Below, one piece after another: positions 9,731 through 18,589 of a DNA stretch of 64,000 nt; positions within the stretch are counted from its first letter, which is position 1, and each line of letters begins with the position of its first letter. The notes beneath the pieces are model-generated. The model searched no databases. It saw only the letters and a program-made list of their open reading frames with translations, and was not told the origin of the DNA. The DNA is taken from NCBI GenBank assembly GCA_963829525.1, contig CAWHIJ010000003.1:96001-160000 (forward strand). The letters run 5' to 3'. Made by a program: the position numbers and the translations under genes. Source of the stretch: an uncultured Actinomycetota bacterium. Its GTDB lineage: Bacteria; Actinomycetota; Actinomycetes; JAHEKZ01.

Positions 9731-10872
9731 GCGTAACCCCCGTTACGAGGCAGGACGGCAGTGACCCGCCAGCCTCCCTCGCGCTGCGGACCCGCCTCGA
9801 ATGTCCCACCGAGCAGCGCCGCGCGCTCACGCATCCCGAGCAAGCCGTAGCCCTGGCGGTCGGAGGTCGATGTTGACGGTGCACCGTCGTCGATGACCGT
9901 CAGGCCGATGTCACCCTCACCCGCGTGGACCCGGACATCGACGCGCGTGGCCCCGCGCGCGTGCCGGACGGCGTTGGTGATCGACTCCTGGGCCATCCGG
10001 TACACCGCTGCATCGACCGCCGAACTGAGACCGTCCATAGAGCCCGCGATGTGCACGGCGATGACGGGAGAGTGATCGTCGGGCGCGAGCTGCGGGATGT
10101 CGCGAATGCCGCGTTGTGGGGTCAGGTCGGCGTCCTCGCCCCTCCGCAGCGCCCCCACCATGACCCGCATCTCGGTGAGAGCCCGCGAGGCCTCCTCCTC
10201 GATGATCCGCAGTGAGTCGATGGCGCGCTCGGGGTCAGTGGCGGACACATAGCGGCCGGCCTGCGCACGTACGGCGATGGCTGACACGTGGTGCGCCACG
10301 GAGTCGTGCAGGTCGCGTGCGAGCTGTTCGCGTTCACGTAGCTTGACCTGCTCCTTCTCCTGCGCGTGCATCCGGGACTGCAGTCGCACCAGGACGCCGA
10401 GGACCGCGGGGAACAGGCCGAAGAGCAGGCCGGCGCCGGACTCTCCGAAGTTGGTGTAGTCGGCAGCGATCCCCAGGACGTACGTCGTCATGATCAGGGG
10501 CAGACCGAGCAACACGTCTCGACCGCTTCCCCAGCGCAGCAGTGCGTAGGGGAGAAGGAGAATGAACCCGTTCGTGTACAGGCCTACGGGTGCCACCCCG
10601 CTCGCCAACGATGCAGTAGACAGCGCCGCCAGAGGCATGAAGGCGATCGCCACCATGAGCAGCGGATGCGTCCGACGCCACAGCAGCGTCCACACCAGGG
10701 TCAGGGCCAGGATCAGTGCTACGGGACGCCACAGCACGTCACTGCGCAGCGTCCCTTCGAGCAGCGCAGACAGGGACAGCGCCCCGACCAGCACCCAGTC
10801 GCGCCATACCCGCGCGGGAGCGCCGGGGGCACGAGGTTCGTCCCACAGCGAGCGAAAGGTCTCTGACAGCAC
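9727..10872 (-). CDS. Sensor histidine kinase (HisKA_3 type)
   Basis: TM N-terminus, ARDLHDSVAHH H-box, QESITNAVRHA, GYGLLGMRERA. Confidence 0.95.
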   Translation of the reverse strand: MLSETFRSLWDEPRAPGAPARVWRDWVLVGALSLSALLEGTLRSDVLWRPVALILALTLVWTLLWRRTHPLLMVAIAFMPLAALSTASLASGVAPVGLYTNGFILLLPYALLRWGSGRDVLLGLPLIMTTYVLGIAADYTNFGESGAGLLFGLFPAVLGVLVRLQSRMHAQEKEQVKLREREQLARDLHDSVAHHVSAIAVRAQAGRYVSATDPERAIDSLRIIEEEASRALTEMRVMVGALRRGEDADLTPQRGIRDIPQLAPDDHSPVIAVHIAGSMDGLSSAVDAAVYRMAQESITNAVRHARGATRVDVRVHAGEGDIGLTVIDDGAPSTSTSDRQGYGLLGMRERAALLGGTFEAGPQREGGWRVTAVLPRNGGYA

Positions 10873-11011
10873 GCGATCACAGTAGGGGTGCGTGCGCTTC
10901 AGCGACTCGGCCGAAAGTTCTAGACGTGTCCTGGCGGATAGGCCGGGACAGCTCGCGCCTGCTGGCCGATGCCCGCGCTCAGTTTTCTGGCGATGCTCGA
11001 GGTGTCTCGGT

Positions 11012-11046
<35 letters not shown>

Positions 11047-11065
11047 GCAACCTCGAGGAGCTGTG

Positions 11066-13237
11066 ATGTCAGGTCTGTTGCACCGGTGGGGTCGACTGGC
11101 CGCCAGACGTCCGTGGCGCGTGATCGGGGTCTGGCTCGTCGTGGTCGTCGCTGTGCTGGCTGCGTCAGCTGGATTCGGTCGAGAGCTCGAGGACTCGTTC
11201 GTGGTACCTGGCCTCGACTCCCAGCAGGCAGTGGACCTGCAGGTCGCGGCCGCGTCGGACCGCGCCGGTCTGACCGCTCAGGTCGTCGTCACTCCGCTGG
11301 ACGACGACACCCGGCTGGACGTGGCGTCGGCAGTGCGTTCGGCCACCGACGACCTGGAGGCGGCACTGGCGGACCTGCCGCAGGTGCTCGGGACGACCCG
11401 CACCGTTTCGGCCGACGGTCAGGTTGCGCTGATCCGGGTTCAGTACCCCGTGGTCGAGCAGCTGGACCCCGAGCACCTCGACGCACTCAAGCAGGTGGTC
11501 ACCAACTTTGGCGAGGACTCGGTGCTGCAGGTGGAGGCGAGCGGCGACCTGTTCTTTGCCTTCGAGGAGGCACCGACTGGTGTGGGTGAGGTGCTGGGTC
11601 TGCTCGCTGCCGTGGTCATCCTGCTGGTCGCCTTCGGGTCGGTGCTGGCCATGGGTCTGCCGATCGGCATCGCGCTCATCGGATTGACGGTCAGCGTCAG
11701 CGGTCTGTCCCTCATCACCTATCTGGTGGACATCCCCAGCTTCGCACCCGTGGTGGGAGCCATGGTGGGCCTGGGGGTCGGGATCGACTACGCGCTCTTC
11801 GTGGTCACGCGGCACCGTGAGTACCTCGCCGAGGGCCTCGAAGTGCCCGAGGCCGCTGGGCGCGCTGTGGCGACCGCCGGCCAGTCGGTGATCTTCGCCG
11901 GCGGCGTGGTCGTCGTCGCCATCCTCGGTCTGGCTGTCTCAGGCATTCCCTTCATGACAGCGACCGGCATCGCGGTCTCGGTCGTCGTCGGCACGATGGT
12001 GGTGGCTGCGGTCACCTTGCTCCCTGCTCTGCTGGGGCTGGCTGGCCACCGGATCAACGGCCTCCGGCCCGGACGCCGGCAACGCCAGGAGAAGCGCGGC
12101 TCCGACCGAACCTGGCAACGATGGGGCGGTCATGTGTCGGCGCACGCCTGGGTCTACGCCGTCGGCGCGACGGCCCTGCTCGTGGCCCTCGCGGCACCGG
12201 CCCTGTCACTGCGTCTGGGCTTCCCGGACGAAGGCGCCCTGCCTGACAGCCGAACCGAGCGCCAGGCCTACGACATGCTCGCCGACGGCTTCGGCGCGGG
12301 AGTCAACGGGCCGCTGGTCATCGCAGTGGACACCTCGGCCGACCCCGCGGTCGTCGAGCCGTTGACCGCGGCGGTTGCTGCAGATCCGGGAATCGCCTCC
12401 GTGGCGCCACCTGAGTTCAGCGCGGATGGAGCGGTGGCGACGCTGGTGGCCATTCCGTCGACCCCGCCGCAGGACGCCACGACCATGAGGACCGTCGAGC
12501 GGCTCCGCAGCGAGGTCTTCCCCGCGGCGCTGCAGAACAGCCCGGCTACAGCTCATGTCGGCGGACAGACCGCCACCTGGGGTGACCTGGGCGGCCGAGT
12601 CGGTGATCGACTTCCGTGGTTCATCGCTGCCGTCGTTCTGCTCTCCTTCCTGCTACTGACCATCGTCTTCCGCTCGGTCCTGGTGCCGCTCAAGGCGGCG
12701 CTCATGAACCTGCTGAGCATCGGTGCTGCCTACGGCGTCCTCGTCATGGTCTTCCAGTGGGGGTGGGGCAAGGACCTCATCGGGCTGGAGGAAACCGTTC
12801 CGATCATCGCGTTCATCCCGATGCTGATGTTCGCGATCCTGTTCGGGCTGTCGATGGACTACGAGGTCTTCCTGCTGAGCAGAGTCCGGGAGGAGTACCA
12901 GCTGAGGGGCGACAACGAGGCATCGGTCGTGCAGGCCATCGCGCGCACCGGCCGGGTGATCACGAGCGCTGCCCTCATCATGATCGCGGTGTTCTTCGGA
13001 TTCATGCTCGGCGATGACCCGGCCATCAAGATGATGGGGCTGGGTTTGGCCACCGCGATCCTCCTGGACGCCACAGTGGTACGCCTCGTCCTGGTGCCGG
13101 CCACCATGAAGCTGCTGGGGAACGCCAACTGGTGGCTGCCCGACTGGATGGACCGGGTGCTTCCGACCTTCGACCATGAGGGCCGGGGGGAGCAGCCCCG
13201 GCCGTTGGAGCCCGTACCCGCCAGCATCGTCGGGTGA
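11066..13237 (+). CDS. MMPL family transporter (YdfJ-like)
   Basis: GVGIDYALF and GLSMDYEVFL motifs, NWWLP tail; start moved to ATG 11066 after GAGGAG. Confidence 0.95.
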   Translation: MSGLLHRWGRLAARRPWRVIGVWLVVVVAVLAASAGFGRELEDSFVVPGLDSQQAVDLQVAAASDRAGLTAQVVVTPLDDDTRLDVASAVRSATDDLEAALADLPQVLGTTRTVSADGQVALIRVQYPVVEQLDPEHLDALKQVVTNFGEDSVLQVEASGDLFFAFEEAPTGVGEVLGLLAAVVILLVAFGSVLAMGLPIGIALIGLTVSVSGLSLITYLVDIPSFAPVVGAMVGLGVGIDYALFVVTRHREYLAEGLEVPEAAGRAVATAGQSVIFAGGVVVVAILGLAVSGIPFMTATGIAVSVVVGTMVVAAVTLLPALLGLAGHRINGLRPGRRQRQEKRGSDRTWQRWGGHVSAHAWVYAVGATALLVALAAPALSLRLGFPDEGALPDSRTERQAYDMLADGFGAGVNGPLVIAVDTSADPAVVEPLTAAVAADPGIASVAPPEFSADGAVATLVAIPSTPPQDATTMRTVERLRSEVFPAALQNSPATAHVGGQTATWGDLGGRVGDRLPWFIAAVVLLSFLLLTIVFRSVLVPLKAALMNLLSIGAAYGVLVMVFQWGWGKDLIGLEETVPIIAFIPMLMFAILFGLSMDYEVFLLSRVREEYQLRGDNEASVVQAIARTGRVITSAALIMIAVFFGFMLGDDPAIKMMGLGLATAILLDATVVRLVLVPATMKLLGNANWWLPDWMDRVLPTFDHEGRGEQPRPLEPVPASIVG

Positions 13238-13513
13238 CCTTAGGGCACCTAGCTCACGCGTCGGCTCCGACTCGCTCTCGAAGTTCACCGGCTTGGCGAG
13301 GACGCGGCGCACCATCGGCTCGAAAACGCCGCCACATCGGTCACGGTCTCACCATCGGCAAGAAGACCAGCCACAGTGATCTCCCTCGTCCAGGGAGTGT
13401 TACCAATCAACCGAAACAGCTGTAACCCATCAGCCGAAACACTGTCCGGGATCAACCGAAGGCCAAACGTCACCTATCAACCGGAGTAATACAGGAACCA
13501 AACATCAAGCGAG

Positions 13514-13586
13514 TGGGCCGCCAGGGACTCGAACCCTGAACCTACGGATTAAAAGTCCGCAGCTCTGCCAATTGAGCTAGCGGCCC
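13514..13586 (-). tRNA. tRNA-Lys (TTT)
   Basis: GGGCCGCTAGCTCAATTGGCAGAGCTGCGGACTTTTAATCCGTAGGTTCAGGGTTCGAGTCCCTGGCGGCCCA cloverleaf; CCA not encoded. Confidence 0.97.
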
Positions 13587-13736
13587 GCGAGGTGTGCCTC
13601 GACGACAGAACGCTACCGCTAACCGTTTGGCCGTCACGCATGACGGACCACCTGGCGTTGCGCGTTCGCGGGCGCGGATGCGTTACAGAACTGCGGGTCA
13701 GCACGCCGGGGCCCAGACATAACTCACACCACCCGA

Positions 13737-15731
13737 TCAGGACTTGATCGGTAGCCGAACGAACGGGCCGCTCTCAAGTCGCAGCGGTCCGATCACTTTG
13801 AGTGTCAACTTCTCCTGTCCACGACGGATGGAGACCGTGGTGTGGAACGTGCCGCGAGCGTTGAAGACCACTGGCAAACGCTGCGTGCGGTCTCCGCGCC
13901 TGAGAACGAGAGCAGCGTGCTCGCCGACACAGGTGGGAGAGCCACAGACTCGATCGGCCAGCAGTGGGCTAAGCGATCCTTCCAACTCAGCCTGCTGCGG
14001 CGCGAGCGCAGCAATCCAGGCGACGTGCGAGCCGAACAGTGCCGGCGAGTCCCGGTTAACCCGCTGCCATCGCGACCCTATGTACCGGCCCTCATCGTCG
14101 CGATTAACCTGCAGCAGCACGACGTGAGCGTCCAGCCACCGACCGCGGAGCCACGGCCCCGAGTCCTGCAACCGTACGGTCATCCCAGTTGGGAAGGGTT
14201 GGTCCGGATCGACGCGAACCTTGCCTTGGCCACCGCCCCTGCTGTCGTTGTAGTCGACGAAGGCTGTGATCTTGTCCACCTTGCTCGTGTCATCCGGGAC
14301 GTTCCAGGTGATACGCATCCGGTCGCCCGAGCGGGTCATGTGGATCCCGGTGAGGCGTGCGGGAGGAACCTCGGTGAACGATTCTGGCGACTGCGGGTAC
14401 GTGACGAGATCCCCGGACGGTAAGTGGGCTGTCACCGTCCACCAGCTTCCAGCCGGTAGGAGCACATTGGCTCGCACGGTCATGCCATCGACATCGGTAA
14501 CCGTCACTCCTTCGTCGGTATACGCCGAGACGGTATATCCAAGTACGGCACCCGCATGCGGCGGCGTCCACGACACAACTGCGGCGTCCCCCGTGTCACC
14601 CCATACATCCTGGTACCACGTCGCCATGAAGTTCTGAGGCACAGCCTCTGGCCCTGCCACACCAACGGCAGCAGCCACGTCGACGATTCCGAAACCACTC
14701 TCGGGGTCGCGCCCCGAGATCCCAATGTCCTGTGCCGTGGAGGTCAGCCGGTCAGCTACCTGTTGGGCAGTCCAGGAAGGGTGCTGCTCGATCACCAGCG
14801 CGGCGGACCCGGCCACGATCGGGGCCGCCATCGACGTACCACTGGCCAGCAGGTGGGGACTCGCGCTCACGTCCGCAACTGTGGAGTCGACGGAGAGGAT
14901 GTCCTCACCCGGCGCCGCGATGTCGACAGCAGCGTCGTAGGAAGACCAGTAGGTGCGGTCAAAAGTCGGCGAGAGCGCCGCGACCGTAACTGCGCCCGGG
15001 CACGCCGCCGGCTTCATCTCGGGGTTCCCCCAGGTTCCTTCATTGCCGGCAGATGCCACCACGACCACGCCGGACTCAGTTGCGGTGTTAACCGACGTGC
15101 ACAGCGTGTCCAGAGCCTTCAGATACCTCTTGGTGTACTCATTTCCGGGCGCAACGCCGCTGGACGCACCTCCTAGCGACATGTTGACCACCCTGGCTCC
15201 GTGGACGGCGGCGAAGTCAATTCCCGCGGCCACCATCTTGAAGAACTGAGGGGAGCCGTCGATGGCGTTACGCCTGGGCTCGAGGTCGATGGGCATTATC
15301 TGCGCATCGGGGGCGATACCAGTCACGCCATTGCCGTCGTCGTCGGCGGCCGCAATTCCGGACACGTGCGACCCGTGGCCATACCAATCGTCGGACGTCT
15401 GTTCCACCGTGGCCGGGACTAGGACGGGTTTGCCGTCCTCGTCACTTCGCAGGATGGCCCCAGCGACAACTCGACCCTCGAGGTCGGGATGGCTCGCATC
15501 CACGCCGGTATCGATCACGGCGATCGTGACCCCGGTGCCTGTCGCTTCCGCATGCGCCTGCTCAGCGTTCGTCGCCGGCAACATCCACTGGTACCCGGTC
15601 AGGTCCCCGAGGACTACCGGCCCAATCGTTGAGGGGTAGGAGTCTGCATCAGCCAGTGCCAGCGAAGGCAAGCCCAAGGATGCCAACACGACCGATACGG
15701 AGAAGATTGAAAGAACGCGTGCAGTACGCAT
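13737..15731 (-). CDS. Secreted subtilisin-like S8 peptidase with C-terminal beta-rich extension
   Basis: VIDTGVD, GHGSHVSG, SAGN, SGTSMAAP; signal peptide from ATG 15731 (MRTARVLSIF). Confidence 0.92.
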   Translation of the reverse strand: MRTARVLSIFSVSVVLASLGLPSLALADADSYPSTIGPVVLGDLTGYQWMLPATNAEQAHAEATGTGVTIAVIDTGVDASHPDLEGRVVAGAILRSDEDGKPVLVPATVEQTSDDWYGHGSHVSGIAAADDDGNGVTGIAPDAQIMPIDLEPRRNAIDGSPQFFKMVAAGIDFAAVHGARVVNMSLGGASSGVAPGNEYTKRYLKALDTLCTSVNTATESGVVVVASAGNEGTWGNPEMKPAACPGAVTVAALSPTFDRTYWSSYDAAVDIAAPGEDILSVDSTVADVSASPHLLASGTSMAAPIVAGSAALVIEQHPSWTAQQVADRLTSTAQDIGISGRDPESGFGIVDVAAAVGVAGPEAVPQNFMATWYQDVWGDTGDAAVVSWTPPHAGAVLGYTVSAYTDEGVTVTDVDGMTVRANVLLPAGSWWTVTAHLPSGDLVTYPQSPESFTEVPPARLTGIHMTRSGDRMRITWNVPDDTSKVDKITAFVDYNDSRGGGQGKVRVDPDQPFPTGMTVRLQDSGPWLRGRWLDAHVVLLQVNRDDEGRYIGSRWQRVNRDSPALFGSHVAWIAALAPQQAELEGSLSPLLADRVCGSPTCVGEHAALVLRRGDRTQRLPVVFNARGTFHTTVSIRRGQEKLTLKVIGPLRLESGPFVRLPIKS

Positions 15732-15932
15732 CCGAGGCACCCCCTCGGTGAACCCGACGGGGCCTAGCGCACCCGTTCGGGCATCTCTCACGCTAGGCCG
15801 ACCGATGCCACAACGGCAGAGTCGCTGGTCCTCCGTCCGGACGCCCGGGCCGCCGATCCGAATGTCGCAACCCTGCGTGTCCGTACCGTCACGCAGCGCC
15901 GACCAAGCGGCGTCCACAGCCCACTGCCTCAC

Positions 15933-15948
15933 TGTGACTCATCTCTCA
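15933..15948. promoter_or_regulatory. Putative CRP/GlxR site
   Basis: TGTGA-CTCATC-TCTCA, one mismatch to TGTGA-N6-TCACA. Confidence 0.5.
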
Positions 15949-16201
15949 TTTCTTCGACAAAGTCGCAGGAGGGTGTCTGATTTGTACCTTTCCGCCCTGT
16001 GGACGTTCCACAGCGAGGTTGGCGGGGTGTCCCCGGCCGTGGTTAGTGTCTTGCCTCGTTGCGTCCGATCGGACGCGGCCCGCCATGGGCCACTGCGCCG
16101 GGATTCCCCGCCGGCGCTGACAGTCGGGATGAAGCCCGTAGGACCCGCGCAGCCCTTGTTGCGCTGTGCTTCTGCCCGATCCGTACGAGCTCTGGAGCTA
16201 C

Positions 16202-17179
16202 ATGTTCGTCTCGCGTCTGACGCAGGGTGGCGCATCACTGCGCGCCTTTGGCTCAGCAGCCATCGGCACCGCGGTCATCGCAGCCGGCTTGGTCACCACG
16301 GCCACGCCCGCCTCCGCTACAGATGGTGCCGCCACCTTGACCTTGACCGTCGACGGGGTGAGCACGTCGGTCACCACGACGACAGCGACAGTGAGCGACC
16401 TCCTCACCGAGCGGTCAGTCCCGTTCGACGCGACCGACCTGATCAGCCCCAACTTCCAGGCCCCGCTCTTCGACGGCATGTCTGTCTCGTGGACTCCCGC
16501 CAAGCGTGTGTACGTTCGCGACAACGGCGAGCGCACCGCCCACAAGGTGGTGGGCGACACGGTTCGCGAGGTCACCAATGAGCTCAATCTCCCCACCGGT
16601 AGCGCAAAGGAGCGTCGCCGCGACGCCTACTCCTACGAAGATGCGCAGATGTACGGACCAGGCGGAACCCAGTTGGCTGCCGATGCGTTAGTTCGGGAGA
16701 ACAGCGTCGCCATCGTCCACAAGATCCGGTTCGCATTCCCTGACAGGTACCTGCGTATCGAGCGCAAGGTGGTCAAGGACCGCAGCCCACTGGTTCGCTC
16801 AGGTGGAATCCGCGTCCTCAAGGACGGCCGCGACGGACGCAAACACGTCGTCTACCGCAAGCGCTTCGTCGACGGCGAGCTGATGTCGAAGCGCATCGTG
16901 AAGTCGAACGTGGTGCGTGACGCCGACAGGCGCGTCGTACTCGTCGGCACCGGCCCGAACTGGGTCGGCCTGGCCGCCTGTGAGTCCGGCGGCAACCCCA
17001 ACGCGGTCAACCCCGCCGGCTTCTACGGCCTCTACCAGTTCTCCATCTCCACGTGGCGTTCGGTTGGCGGTAGGGGAATCCCCACCGACTACGGTTACTG
17101 GGAGCAGACCAAGCGGGCCTGGAAGCTCCTCAAGATCTCCGGCCCCTCGTCCTGGCCGGTCTGCGGTAGCCGGCTCTAG
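16202..17179 (+). CDS. Resuscitation-promoting factor, RpfB-like (DUF348-G5-transglycosylase)
   Basis: Signal peptide, DUF348-like repeat, G5-like segment, NWVGLAACESGGN...YGLYQF...WPVC; GGAG RBS before ATG 16202. Confidence 0.9.
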   Translation: MFVSRLTQGGASLRAFGSAAIGTAVIAAGLVTTATPASATDGAATLTLTVDGVSTSVTTTTATVSDLLTERSVPFDATDLISPNFQAPLFDGMSVSWTPAKRVYVRDNGERTAHKVVGDTVREVTNELNLPTGSAKERRRDAYSYEDAQMYGPGGTQLAADALVRENSVAIVHKIRFAFPDRYLRIERKVVKDRSPLVRSGGIRVLKDGRDGRKHVVYRKRFVDGELMSKRIVKSNVVRDADRRVVLVGTGPNWVGLAACESGGNPNAVNPAGFYGLYQFSISTWRSVGGRGIPTDYGYWEQTKRAWKLLKISGPSSWPVCGSRL

Positions 17180-17202
17180 CCACACCCACCCGGAGGCTGA
17201 CG

Positions 17203-18129
17203 TTGAAGGCACTGGTCACCACCGGACCGAACGGCCCAGGCCTCGAGCTCGCTGACGTCGCGGAGCCGCAACCGGCATCGAACCAAGCGCTCGTTCGGCT
17301 CACCGCAACCTCGCTCAATCGCGGCGAGGTACGGCATCTGAGCGACGAGGAGCCGGGCACGGTGCTCGGCTGGGACGTCGTCGGCACCGTTGCACAGGCC
17401 GCGTCCGACGGATCTGGCCCCTCCAGCGGATCGCGCGTCGTCGGCCTGGTCGGCGAAGCCGGATGGGCTGAGCAGGTAGCCGTCCCCACCCACGCCCTCG
17501 CCGTCATCCCGGAGGGTGTCTCCGACGCCGCGGCTGCGGTTCTGCCCATCGCCGGGCTCACCGCGTGGCGAGCGCTGGAAATGGGCGGCCTGCTCCTCGG
17601 GTCCCGCGTCTTGGTCACCGGCGGCGCTGGAGGTGTCGGGCGCCTTGCCATCCAGTTGGCCAACCTTGCCGGCGCTGAGGTCACTGCCGTCGTCGGCCGT
17701 CCCGAACGACGGGCCGGCCTCGTCCAGCTCGGGGCCACGGACGTGGTGGTCGGCATCGAGGCTGCCACCGGCCGTTTCGACCTCATCTTGGAGTCGGTCG
17801 GGGGCACCTCGATGCGCACCGCATCGGAGATCCTTTCGCCGGAGGGTGTGCTCGTCACCTACGGGCGCTCGTCCGGTGAGGACGGCGAAATCGATCCCTA
17901 CTGGTTCGGCGACCACTCGGGGGCACGAATCGAGGGGCTGCTGGTCTTCACCGAAGTCGACCGGCATCGGCTCGGCACCACCCAGTTGGAGCGCATGCTG
18001 GCGCTCATGGCCGCTGGACGCTTCGATCCGCAGGTCACGCGCACCGGTTCGTGGCACGACCCGATGCCGCTAGTGAATGCCCTGCTCGATCGGCAGGTGG
18101 ACGGCAAGGCCGTCCTCACCGTCGACTGA
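17203..18129 (+). CDS. MDR family NADPH:quinone oxidoreductase-like protein
   Basis: SLNRGE, VLGWDVVG, VLVTGGAGGVG; no Zn cysteine cluster. Confidence 0.85.
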   Translation: MKALVTTGPNGPGLELADVAEPQPASNQALVRLTATSLNRGEVRHLSDEEPGTVLGWDVVGTVAQAASDGSGPSSGSRVVGLVGEAGWAEQVAVPTHALAVIPEGVSDAAAAVLPIAGLTAWRALEMGGLLLGSRVLVTGGAGGVGRLAIQLANLAGAEVTAVVGRPERRAGLVQLGATDVVVGIEAATGRFDLILESVGGTSMRTASEILSPEGVLVTYGRSSGEDGEIDPYWFGDHSGARIEGLLVFTEVDRHRLGTTQLERMLALMAAGRFDPQVTRTGSWHDPMPLVNALLDRQVDGKAVLTVD

Positions 18130-18166
18130 CTCCGGGACGCCGAACGCCCCTCGTGTCGGACGTCGG

Positions 18167-18520
18167 TCAGGCGTAGCCGAGCTCGTGCAAGCGGTCGTCG
18201 TCAATGCCGAAGTGGTGGGCGATCTCGTGTACGACGGTGATCCGCACCTCGCGCACCGCCTCGTCCCAGTCCTGGGTCATCCGAAGCGTCGGGCCGCGGA
18301 AGATCGTGATGTGGTCGGGCAGCACCCCGCTGTACTGACCATCCCGCTCAGTCAGCGGGATCCCCTCATAAAGGCCCAGCAGGTCACGCTCCTCACCTGC
18401 GGGTGGCTCGTCTGCAGTAAGCACCACCACGTTCTGCATCAGGTCCAGCAACGCAGGCGGCACGCCGTCGAGCGCCTGCGCGACCAGCTCTTCGAAGGTC
18501 GCAGCGTCCATGGGTAGCAC
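18167..18520 (-). CDS. Zincin-like metallopeptidase family protein (DUF1025/Zincin_1)
   Basis: LLGLYEGIPL and HEIAHHFG (HEXXH). Confidence 0.9.
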   Translation of the reverse strand: MLPMDAATFEELVAQALDGVPPALLDLMQNVVVLTADEPPAGEERDLLGLYEGIPLTERDGQYSGVLPDHITIFRGPTLRMTQDWDEAVREVRITVVHEIAHHFGIDDDRLHELGYA

Positions 18521-18589
18521 CCCGCCAGCGTAGATCCCGACCCGACTACGCTCTAGCGGTAGCGTCCACCACTTCCAGGAGCCATCACC

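Noticed and set aside
13406-13510. Mini CRISPR array
   Set aside because: Repeats of 8-12 bp with a 22-28 bp period are too short; no cas genes in the window
16061-16165. Second c-di-AMP riboswitch or hammerhead ribozyme in the rpf leader
   Set aside because: Lacks the GAATC, GGGGGACCC and AGCTAAC-type ydaO elements and the CUGANGA/GAAA hammerhead core
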